Of a DNA stretch of 64,000 nt, positions 37,929 through 45,669 are shown piece by piece (the first letter of the stretch is position 1; the number at the start of each line of letters is the position of its first letter). The translations under genes were made by a program, and so were the position numbers. Source of the stretch: Rhodobacter sp. (GTDB lineage Bacteria; Pseudomonadota; Alphaproteobacteria; Rhodobacterales; Rhodobacteraceae); contig JAIXRW010000056.1 in the NCBI GenBank assembly GCA_027484985.1, forward strand, positions 2,814 to 66,813, in the 5' to 3' direction. Under the pieces are notes generated by a model. That model worked only from the letters and a program-made list of their open reading frames with translations. It was not told the DNA's origin and did no database searches.

Positions 37929-38521
37929 GCCCCTTCCCCATATCCCAAAGCGCCGCGCTGCCCGGCAAGCGCCGCCGCAAGGGCCCGTTTTCCCCGCGCG
38001 GTCAGACTTTCGACCGCCTCGATCCCGATGTCCATCACCACGGCAATCTCGGGATTGGCCAACCCTTCGAGATGCCGCAGCACCACCGCCTGCCGCTGCC
38101 GTTCGGGCAGGGCGGCCAGCGCGGCATCCAGCGCGGCCATCCGGTCGGCCTCGATCAGCCCCGCCTCGGCCCCCGCGGCGCCATCGGCCACCTCGGGCGC
38201 ATCGGCGGTGCCCACCGGCCCGCGCCGCCCCCGCGCGCGCAGACGGTCGGTCGCAAGGTTCGTCACCACGCGGTAAAGCCATGTCGAAACCTGCGCCTCG
38301 CCCGCCCGCCAACCCGGCGCCGCCCGCCACAGCCGCAGCATCGCCTCTTGCACCACATCCTCGGCCTCGGCCCTGTCGGCCAGCAGCCGCGCGGCATAGC
38401 CCAGCGCCCGCGGCACCAGCCGCGCGGTCAATTCCCGCGCCGCCGCAGGCTCGCCCGCGGCATAAAGCGCCAGCAGCGCCGCGTCCGGGGCTTGGGAAAC
38501 ATCGTCACGGGGCATGTCCAT
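37925..38521 (-). CDS. ECF-type RNA polymerase sigma-70 family factor
   Basis: ORF track 198 aa. Region 2 (AEDVVQEAMLRLWR...STWLYRVVTNLATDRLR) and region 4 (LPERQRQAVVLRHLEGLANPEIAVVM). Confidence 0.9.
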   Translation of the reverse strand: MDMPRDDVSQAPDAALLALYAAGEPAAARELTARLVPRALGYAARLLADRAEAEDVVQEAMLRLWRAAPGWRAGEAQVSTWLYRVVTNLATDRLRARGRRGPVGTADAPEVADGAAGAEAGLIEADRMAALDAALAALPERQRQAVVLRHLEGLANPEIAVVMDIGIEAVESLTARGKRALAAALAGQRGALGYGEGA

Positions 38522-38602
38522 CCTGCGGAAATAGCCGTTCGGGCCTGACCATTCAAAGAAAACCGCCGCGCAGCCCGCAGATCGGGGCGCGCGGCGGGGC
38601 GC

Positions 38603-39181
38603 TCAGTTGTCGCCGCCCAAGAACCAGCCATGGCCACGCCCGTGATGCCCGCCCCCGCGCGGGCCATCCTGCATCCGCGCCTCCATGCGGGCCCGCGCGG
38701 CGGCGATCTCGGCCTCGGTCACCGCGCCGTCGCCATCGGTGTCGATCCGCGCCAACAGGCCCAGCGGTGCGGGCGGCGCGGCAAGCTCGGCCAAGGTCAG
38801 CCGACCGTCGCTGTCACTGTCCATGCCCGCCATCATACGCGCGGCCATGTCGCCCGCCCGCGCCTGCATGCGCGTCTCGATCATCGCCTGCAACTCGGCC
38901 GCCGACAGCGTGCCATCCTTGTCGGCATCCACCGCCGCCAGACCGGCCGCGCGATGGGCCTGCATTTCGGCCGGCGTGATCTTGCCATCCTTGTCGGCAT
39001 CGACAGCGGCGAAATCGAACAGCGCCCCCCCGTCCGGCCCGTCGGGCATGAAACCGCCCATCAGACCGGCCATGTCATCGGCAACCCGCGCCTCGGCCAC
39101 GGCCACACCCAGACCCGTGGCCACGGCGCCCCCCAGACCGGCGGCCAGAACCAGCGCCACAATCGCTTTCTTGTTCGTCAT
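38603..39181 (-). CDS. secreted EF-hand calcium-binding protein
   Basis: Start at MTNKKAIVALVLAAGLGG within ORF 38603..39349. Four DxDxDG loops (DADKDGKITPAE, DADKDGTLSAAE, DSDSDGRLTLAE, DTDGDGAVTEAE). His-rich tail GGGHHGRGHG. Confidence 0.8.
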   Translation of the reverse strand: MTNKKAIVALVLAAGLGGAVATGLGVAVAEARVADDMAGLMGGFMPDGPDGGALFDFAAVDADKDGKITPAEMQAHRAAGLAAVDADKDGTLSAAELQAMIETRMQARAGDMAARMMAGMDSDSDGRLTLAELAAPPAPLGLLARIDTDGDGAVTEAEIAAARARMEARMQDGPRGGGHHGRGHGWFLGGDN

Positions 39182-39437
39182 CGCGTCTCTCCTTGCTGCG
39201 GCGGCGGCCCTCCGTCGCCTTTGATGCCCGTCAAACGCGCCCCCCCGCAGCTTCCGTCGCGCCGCTGCGCGCTTTTTTGCACCCGCAGCGGGTTTCTGGG
39301 CCAACACCTCGCGCCCCCCCCGCCCAAACCCGCGCCCTCCGCCCGGCATATCTTCGCGCTGTGGCGTTCTGTCCCCTCAACACCGCCCGCAGATCGGCGT
39401 ATCTGTGCCGCCCCGACCCATCCCCCGCAGGATCGCC

Positions 39438-39833
39438 ATGCCCGCCGAAGCCGCCCGCCCCGACCCCGAAGAGCGCCCCCTCAAGCCCGCCTTGCTGCGC
39501 GGCTGGCGCGGGCGCTGCCCCAATTGCGGCTCGGGCCCCTTGCTGCGCGGCTATCTCAAGGTGCGCGACACTTGCCCCGTCTGCGGCGAGGCGCTGCACC
39601 ACCAGCGCGCCGATGACGGCCCCGCCTATCTGACCATCCTGATCGTGGGCCACCTGATGGCCCCGCTGATCCTGTGGGCCTTTACCCATTACCGCCCCGA
39701 CCCGCTTGTGCTGGCGGCTGTCTTTTCGGTAGGCACGGTCGCGCTGTCGCTTTACCTTCTGCCGCGACTGAAAGGCGCGCTTGTGGGGTTGCAATGGGCG
39801 AAACGGATGCACGGATTCGGGGCACAGGCCTGA
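39438..39833 (+). CDS. DUF983 domain-containing membrane protein
   Basis: Start at MPAEAARPD within ORF 39405..39833. Zinc-ribbon CPNCGSG...CPVCGE, then DDGPAYLTILIVGHL. Confidence 0.75.
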   Translation: MPAEAARPDPEERPLKPALLRGWRGRCPNCGSGPLLRGYLKVRDTCPVCGEALHHQRADDGPAYLTILIVGHLMAPLILWAFTHYRPDPLVLAAVFSVGTVALSLYLLPRLKGALVGLQWAKRMHGFGAQA

Positions 39834-40450
39834 CCGCAGGGGACGAGGCGATCCGCCACGCCGCCACGGTGGTCATCCTGCGCGGGGATCGGCAGGCAGG
39901 CGCGCGGGTGCTGATGGGCCAGCGCGGCGCGGCCGCAGCCTTCATGCCATCGAAATATGTCTTTCCCGGCGGCGCGGTCGATCCGGCCGACAGCGCGGCG
40001 CCCCGTCAGGGCTTGCTCGCGCCCGACTGCGCCACGCGGCTGGGCCTGCACCCCGTGGCCCAGCCGCCCGCGCCCGAGGCGCTGGCCACCGCCGCCCTGC
40101 GCGAACTGGCCGAAGAGACGGGGCTGCACCTGTCGCCTACCGCCCCGCCCGCCCCCCTGCGCTTCGTGTTCCGCGCCATCACGCCGCCCGGCCGCTCGCG
40201 CCGCTTTGACGCGCGCTTCTTCCTGATCGATGCCAGCCATCTTGCCGGCGATCCCGATGATTTCTCGGCCGCCTCGGACGAGCTGTCACACCTGCACTGG
40301 ATCGGCCTGTCCGAGGCGCGCAGCCTCGATCTGCCCTTCATCACCGAAGTCGTCCTTGCCGAACTCGCCGCCCGCCTGTCAGGCGCGCCCGATCACGGCG
40401 TCCCGTTCTTCGACAATTCGGGCCCCGTCCCCACCTTCCGGCGGCTCTGA
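39794..40450 (+). CDS. NUDIX hydrolase
   Basis: Within ORF 39674..40450. Nudix box ...ALRELAEETGL. The start is uncertain; the ATG at 39794 overlaps the previous gene by 40 nt. Confidence 0.7.
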   Translation: MGETDARIRGTGLTAGDEAIRHAATVVILRGDRQAGARVLMGQRGAAAAFMPSKYVFPGGAVDPADSAAPRQGLLAPDCATRLGLHPVAQPPAPEALATAALRELAEETGLHLSPTAPPAPLRFVFRAITPPGRSRRFDARFFLIDASHLAGDPDDFSAASDELSHLHWIGLSEARSLDLPFITEVVLAELAARLSGAPDHGVPFFDNSGPVPTFRRL

Positions 40451-40508
40451 CCGCGCCCGGCCCAAAGGAACGCACCGCCGGGCGCGGGGCGCGCCCCATG
40501 GCCGCCCA

Positions 40509-41207
40509 TCACCCGCCCCGCGAAGAATTTTCATCCGAAAATTCTTCGCCCCCCGCCCCATCACCCGCCTCGCCCCCCGCCCCGGCAACCGTCACATCGC
40601 CGCCGCGCCCCTGCCGGTGCAGCACAAAATCCGCCGGTTCCGCGCCCCGCGCCCGTTCGCGCCGCAGCCGCCAGACCGGCCCGCGTTCAAGCAACCGCGA
40701 TCCCGATGGCGCCGCCGCGATCCGCCAGCGGCTTTCCGCCCCCGCAGCCCCCCCCGCGCCGGGCGTCAGCATCAGCCCCAAGGGCGCCCGCCCCCGCCGC
40801 ACCGCCGCCGCCTCGGCCCCGCTTTCGGCGGCCAGCGTCAGCCGCCGCACCGGCGTCAGCCCCGGCACCGTGGCCAGTTCGGCCACCACCAGCGGCAGGG
40901 CGCCCGACCGCAAGGCCTCTTCCATCGCCCACAGCATATCCTCGGGCCGCCGCGCCTGCGCCACCAGCAACCGCCCCGGATCGGCAAAGGCCGCCAGCCC
41001 GTCAGGACACAGACGCTCGCTCTGCCAGGACGGCATGATCCACAGCACCGGCCCCGCCGCCCGCGCCATCACCAGCGCCGCCATCGCCACCCGCGCCGGA
41101 CCGCAGATCTCGTGCACCCGCCCGCAGGCCAGCGCCAGCCCCCCGGCAAAGGGCTGCATCTGCCGCGCCGGCCGCGGCCCGAACTGATCCAGAATCGGCA
41201 AGGACAT
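40509..41207 (-). CDS. imuA: ImuA-like (SOS mutagenesis cassette) protein, orphan
   Basis: C-terminal 232 aa of ORF 40509..41648, starting at MSLPILDQ. GRVHEICG...GPVLWIMP...PDGLAAFADPGRLLVAQARRPEDMLWAMEEALRSGALPLVVAEL...VRRLTLAAESG matches the ImuA pattern. A perfect SOS box lies 16 nt upstream. The 3-prime end reads through a family C palindrome. Confidence 0.65.
   Translation of the reverse strand: MSLPILDQFGPRPARQMQPFAGGLALACGRVHEICGPARVAMAALVMARAAGPVLWIMPSWQSERLCPDGLAAFADPGRLLVAQARRPEDMLWAMEEALRSGALPLVVAELATVPGLTPVRRLTLAAESGAEAAAVRRGRAPLGLMLTPGAGGAAGAESRWRIAAAPSGSRLLERGPVWRLRRERARGAEPADFVLHRQGRGGDVTVAGAGGEAGDGAGGEEFSDENSSRGG
40520..40549. repeat. AT-rich palindromic hairpin, family C copy 1
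   Basis: GCGAAGAATTTTC-ATCC-GAAAATTCTTCGC, a perfect 13-bp stem. Lies inside the last codons of the imuA-like ORF. Confidence 0.75.
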
Positions 41208-41223
41208 GGTTTGATCCTGCCAT

Positions 41224-41238
41224 GTTCCCGATATGTTC
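41224..41238. promoter_or_regulatory. LexA (SOS) box, alphaproteobacterial type GTTC-N7-GTTC
   Basis: GTTCccgatatGTTC at 41224..41238, in the imuA / aldo-keto-reductase divergent intergenic region. Confidence 0.7.
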
Positions 41239-41304
41239 TCAACCCTGCCCCTTGCCCCCACGCCCCCGCCCGCTAGGCTCGGCGCACAGCAGAAAGGGCG
41301 CGCC

Positions 41305-42342
41305 ATGAAACAGATCCCCCTCGGCCGCACAGGCCTTTCCGCCTCGGAACTGTGCCTCGGCACCATGACATGGGGCAGCCAGAACAGCGAAAGCGAAGGC
41401 CACGCCCAGATGGACCTCGCGCTCGACCATGGCGTCACCTTCTGGGACACGGCCGAGATGTATCCCGTCAACCCCGTCCGCGCCGAAACCGTGGGCCACA
41501 CCGAACAGATCATCGGCACATGGTTCGCCAAGGGCCGCCGCGACCGCGTGATCCTCGCCACCAAGATCACCGGCAAAGGCCAGGTCGTCCGGAACGGCGC
41601 CCCGATCACCGGCGCGTCCTTACGCGAAGCGGTCGAAGGCTCGCTCAAGCGCCTGCAAACCGATTACATCGACCTCTACCAGCTGCACTGGACCAATCGC
41701 GGCGGCTACCATTTCCGCCAGAACTGGGGCTTCGACCCTTCCGGCCGCGATACGGGCGAGGTGACCGAAAACATGCTCGACGTGCTGACCGCCGCCGCCG
41801 ACCTGATCCGCGCGGGAAAAATCCGCCATATCGGCCTGTCGAACGAATCGGTCTGGGGCACCGCCCGCTGGCTTCATCTGGCCGCCCTGCACGACCTGCC
41901 GCGCATGGCGACCGTGCAGAACGAATACTCGCTGCTCTGCCGCCAGTTCGATACCGATTGGGCCGAACTCTCGGCGATGGAGAACCTGCCCTTGCTGGCC
42001 TTCTCGCCCTTGGCCACGGGCCTGCTCACCGGCAAATACCGCGGCGACACCACCCCCGCCGGATCGCGCCGCAGCCTGAACGCCGACCTGTCGGGCCGCG
42101 CCACCCCCGCCGCCCATGCCGCGGTGGAAACCTACCTCGCCATCGCCGCGCGCCACGGGCTCGACCCGGCGCAAATGGCCATCGCCTTCTGCCGCACCCG
42201 CCCCTATCCCAACATCCCCATCATCGGCGCAACCAGCCTCGCCCAGCTGCAAACCAATATCGGCGCCGCCGCCATAACCCTGCCGCCCGAGGTTCTGGCC
42301 GACATCGCCACCGCATGGCGCGCCCATCCGATGCCCTATTAG
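41305..42342 (+). CDS. NADP(H)-dependent aldo/keto reductase (Tas-like)
   Basis: Start at MKQIPLGRTGLSASELCLGTMTWG within ORF 41233..42342. AKR blocks (FWDTAEMY, DLYQLHW, IGLSNES). Confidence 0.9.
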   Translation: MKQIPLGRTGLSASELCLGTMTWGSQNSESEGHAQMDLALDHGVTFWDTAEMYPVNPVRAETVGHTEQIIGTWFAKGRRDRVILATKITGKGQVVRNGAPITGASLREAVEGSLKRLQTDYIDLYQLHWTNRGGYHFRQNWGFDPSGRDTGEVTENMLDVLTAAADLIRAGKIRHIGLSNESVWGTARWLHLAALHDLPRMATVQNEYSLLCRQFDTDWAELSAMENLPLLAFSPLATGLLTGKYRGDTTPAGSRRSLNADLSGRATPAAHAAVETYLAIAARHGLDPAQMAIAFCRTRPYPNIPIIGATSLAQLQTNIGAAAITLPPEVLADIATAWRAHPMPY

Positions 42343-43051
42343 ACCCGCAGGCACGGGCGCGCCACGGCCCCATCGGCATCCGGCGCCCTCAAACCAACAT
42401 CACCCCCCACACCCTGCCGCCCGAGGGTTCAGCCCAAATCGCCACCGCATCAAGCACCCGTCCGCTGCCCCTTCAGACCCGCCACCATCGGCGCGCCACG
42501 GCCCCATCGGCATCCGGCGCCCTCAAACCGACATCACCAGCCCCACACCCAGCCGCCCGAGGGTCTGGCCCAAATCGCCGCCGCATCGAGCACCCGTCCG
42601 CTGCCCTGTCAGACCCGCCACCATCGGCGCGCCACTGCCCTGTCGGCAACCGGCGCCCGCAAACCAACATCACCCCCCCACACCCTGCCGCCCGAGGGTT
42701 CGGCCCAAATCGCCGCCGCATCGAGTACCCATCCGCTGCCCCTTCAGACCCGCCGCCATCGGCGCCACACGGCCCTGTCGGCAACCGGCGCCCGCAAACC
42801 GACATCACCCCCCACACCCTGCCGCCCGAGGGCCTCGCCCAAATCGCCACCGCATCAAGCACCCGTCCGCTCCCCTGTCAGACCCGCCACCATCGGCGCG
42901 CCACGGCCCTGTCGGCAACCGGCGCCCGCAAAGCAACATCGCCACCCCCACACCCTGCCGCCCGAGGGCCTCGCCCAAATCGCCACCGCATCAAGCACCC
43001 GTCCGCTGCCCTGTCAGACCCGCCGCCATCGGCGCCACACGGCCCTGTCGG
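42343..43051. repeat. tandem repeat array, about 5.3 units of ~135 bp, derived from the AKR gene 3-prime end
   Basis: Unit boundaries at the motif (T/C)AGACCCGC at 42341, 42474, 42610, 42745, 42879 and 43015, giving spacings of 133, 136, 135, 134 and 136. Each unit echoes CAAACCAA(T/C)ATC...ACCCTGCCGCCCGAGG...ATCGCCACCGCAT of the AKR CDS at 42250..42342. Confidence 0.85.
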
Positions 43052-43329
43052 TCCATGGCGCAGCCCCCTTTGCCCCTTGCCTCGGGCCATGCGGCTTAGC
43101 CGTCCCGACACAGCCGCCCCAACGCCCCCCCGCCGCCATACCATCACAGGCCAGCGGCCCGAACCGCCCCCGACCAGCCCCCCACACCCCGACCGCACCC
43201 GCACAACCGCAAAACAGCCCGGCAGCCCGCCGCCGACAGGCCGCGCCTTCCCCGCTTCCCCGCCCTCCGGTCAGGCTTGCACATCGGGGGCGGATCGGGT
43301 CCACTCGCGCTGTCCAGTCAGGGGTCGCG

Positions 43330-43923
43330 ATGCACCGCCTTCTCGCCTTCCTTCTGCCGCTCGCCTTGGCGGCCTGCACCCTCGCGCTGCCCGGCGGTCG
43401 TGGCGCCGATGCCCCGTCCACGGCGGCAATCAGCCCCGGCGCGGTCGCGGTGACACCCCTCGCGCCACCGCCGACAGCACAGGGCGCCAAACCCGCCACG
43501 CCCGAACCCGCCGCGGCCCCACCCGAAACCCCAAAGGGCGCCAAACCCGCAGCATCCGCGTACAAACCCGCCACGGCTGCACCCGAACCCCAAAAGGGCG
43601 CAACGCCCGCCGCCCCCGCCAAACCGGCACCGCCCGCACCACTCCCCGCCCCGCCGCCCCCGCCCGAACCCGCAGCCGAAGCCACCCCCCCCGAACAACT
43701 GGCCTGCCAGGCCAAAGGCGGCATCTGGTCCGAAACCGGCCTCTCCAGCCTGAAAACCTGCATCCAGCGCACCCGCGACGGCGGCAAATCCTGCCGCCGT
43801 CAGGGCGATTGCGAAGGCCTCTGCCTTGCCCGCTCGAAAACCTGCGCCCCCGTCACCCCGATGTTCGGCTGCAACCCCATCCTTCAGGCCGACGGGTCCG
43901 AAGCGACCCTCTGCATCGACTGA
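43330..43923 (+). CDS. lipoprotein with Pro/Ala/Lys-rich linker and Cys-rich C-terminal domain
   Basis: ORF track 197 aa. Lipobox LALAAC. Repeated PKGAKPA/PQKGATPA segments. C-terminal ~75 aa contain 8 Cys. No family recognised. Confidence 0.65.
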   Translation: MHRLLAFLLPLALAACTLALPGGRGADAPSTAAISPGAVAVTPLAPPPTAQGAKPATPEPAAAPPETPKGAKPAASAYKPATAAPEPQKGATPAAPAKPAPPAPLPAPPPPPEPAAEATPPEQLACQAKGGIWSETGLSSLKTCIQRTRDGGKSCRRQGDCEGLCLARSKTCAPVTPMFGCNPILQADGSEATLCID

Positions 43924-43941
43924 CGCCAAAGGAACCCCGCC

Positions 43942-44475
43942 TTGCCCCGCCCCCTCCCCGCCCTCATGGCCGCGCTCATGGCCTGCCTCGCCCTCGCCGC
44001 CTGCGCCCCCCGCGCCGCGAAAACGGCCTTCCGCAGCGACAGCCCTATCTATTCCAACGCCGTGCTCGACCTGCGCGGCCTGTCGGGGCGCTGGGTGCAG
44101 GTGGCAGCCTTCGGCCACGATCCCGCCACCGCCTGCCGCGCGGGCGGGGCGCGCTTCTTCCTCGACCGCACCGGCGCGCTGGCCACCATCGCCCGCCTCT
44201 GCCTTGACGGCAACGCGCTCGACCTCAACACCACCCTCGCCCTGACCGGCCCCGGCCGCGTCACCCCGCTGCGCAAGACGCCCGAACCGCTTAACCGCGA
44301 CTGGTGGCTGCTCTGGGCCGATGCCGATCTGCGCACCCTCGTTTTCGGCACGCCCGATGGCAGCTTCGGCTTCATCCTCAACCGCGACGGCGCCCTGCCG
44401 CCCGACCGCCTCGTCGCCGCAAAACGCATCCTCGACTTCAACGGCTACGACACCACCCGCCTCGTGGTCTGGTAA
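43942..44475 (+). CDS. lipocalin (Blc-like) family lipoprotein
   Basis: ORF track 177 aa with a TTG start; alternative ATG at 43966. Lipobox LALAAC. GRWVQVAAF and a C-terminal ...FGFILNRDGALP pattern resemble bacterial lipocalins. Confidence 0.6.
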   Translation: MPRPLPALMAALMACLALAACAPRAAKTAFRSDSPIYSNAVLDLRGLSGRWVQVAAFGHDPATACRAGGARFFLDRTGALATIARLCLDGNALDLNTTLALTGPGRVTPLRKTPEPLNRDWWLLWADADLRTLVFGTPDGSFGFILNRDGALPPDRLVAAKRILDFNGYDTTRLVVW

Positions 44476-44485
44476 GGCCCGACAC

Positions 44486-44565
44486 CTTTCCCGCTTTCAT
44501 ACTCGGCCAAATATCCTCGGGGGGAAGACGCGCCCTTGCGCGTCGCGGGGGGCAGACAGCCCCCC
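44486..44565 (+). repeat. intergenic repeat family A, forward copy
   Basis: CTTTCCCGCTTTCATACTCGGCCAAATATCCTCGGGGGGAAGACGCGCCCTTGCGCGTCGCGGGGGGCAGACAGCCCCCC. Confidence 0.75.
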
Positions 44566-44659
44566 GTCCCGCGCCGGGGGCAGGAAACCGAAAGGTTAAA
44601 TCTTTCCCAACCCGCCGCGCCGCGCATCTGCATCGGGTGTGCATCGCCTGTGCATGGCG

Positions 44660-45511
44660 CTAGCGCCCCGCGAACCGCGCTTTCAGCCCCCGCAAATGGC
44701 CCGGCACATCCCGCGCCGAAAATGCCGCTTCCTTCACCAGCCAGTCGAAATGCGCCGCAATGCTCGCCACCCGCCCACTGTCGCGAAAGGCCAGATAATG
44801 CCGCCCCAGATAGACCACCGCCAAAAGCGGCCCGAACACCGTGACCGGCGCCGAAAACACCCGCCGCGCATCGAACAGATACAGCCGCAGCGACGGATAA
44901 AGCTGATCTGTCAACAGGATAAGCCGGTCCAGCTGCTCGGCCCGCACCGCAGCCGAAAGCCCGGCATAATAGCCCGTCCCCCCGGCAAAGGCCTCAAGCT
45001 CGTGCAGGGGAAGCGCAATCTCGTAATCCGACCGCGCCCCCCGCATCCAGGCCAGCCGGTCCTCGAAGGCCCCGATCGCCTGCTCGGCGGTGCGGCCCAA
45101 CTGGGGCCGGTATTCCCATTCCACCATGGCCCGCGTCTTCAACATATCGGGCAAAGTCGCCGGAACATGCCGTATCTTGTATCCCGCCGCCTCGCGGTGC
45201 CAGCCAAAGATGGTCTCGTCAATCAAGGCCCGCGGCGCCTCTGTCACGGTCAGACTGGTCGCCAGCAAATCCGCCAGCGGCTCGGGCCGCGCCGCAAGCC
45301 CCAGCAACCAGTCGGCCGAAATCCCCAAGGCCGCCGCGCAATCCGCCGCCAACTGGGCATTGGGCAGCCGCGTCCCCTCGGCCAGCAACTGCGATATGGT
45401 GGACCGGTCTGCCCCCACCTGCCGCGCCAGTTCCGCCCGCGTCATGTCCCGCTCGGCCATCGCCTCGGCCAGCCGCAGGCGGAACAGCGCGGCCCGATCC
45501 CGCTTGTCCAT
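44660..45511 (-). CDS. XRE family transcriptional regulator with ~200-aa C-terminal domain
   Basis: ORF track 283 aa. HTH MTRAELARQVGADRSTISQLLAEG. Divergent from a fatty acid desaturase gene. Confidence 0.75.
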   Translation of the reverse strand: MDKRDRAALFRLRLAEAMAERDMTRAELARQVGADRSTISQLLAEGTRLPNAQLAADCAAALGISADWLLGLAARPEPLADLLATSLTVTEAPRALIDETIFGWHREAAGYKIRHVPATLPDMLKTRAMVEWEYRPQLGRTAEQAIGAFEDRLAWMRGARSDYEIALPLHELEAFAGGTGYYAGLSAAVRAEQLDRLILLTDQLYPSLRLYLFDARRVFSAPVTVFGPLLAVVYLGRHYLAFRDSGRVASIAAHFDWLVKEAAFSARDVPGHLRGLKARFAGR

Positions 45512-45518
45512 TTTCGAA

Positions 45519-45546
45519 ACCTTTGGTGATTATTTTCAACAAAGGT
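45519..45546. promoter_or_regulatory. imperfect inverted repeat, candidate operator
   Basis: ACCTTTGGTGA-ttattt-TCAACAAAGGT (one mismatch). AT-rich. Begins 8 nt upstream of the XRE regulator start codon. Confidence 0.3.
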
Positions 45547-45669
45547 GACATTTCGGTGCCGAACTTCCAAGTTAAAACCGCAGCGAAGCGATGCTAACCT
45601 GCCGCAATCCGGCACAAATCCCGCCTTTGCGGGCAGACCGGACCTTGGGGAACCGCATCGGGGACAGGC

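Noticed and set aside
42473-43204. Minus-strand ORFs 42473..42862 and 42878..43204 inside the tandem array, encoding repeated ~45-aa peptides.
   Set aside because: In a 60-nt sample (42601..42660) G+C was 15/20, 16/20 and 16/20 at the three phase positions, so there is no third-position enrichment, unlike real genes here. Unit lengths vary from 133 to 136 nt, which breaks the frame. The composition is Arg/Gly artefact-like.
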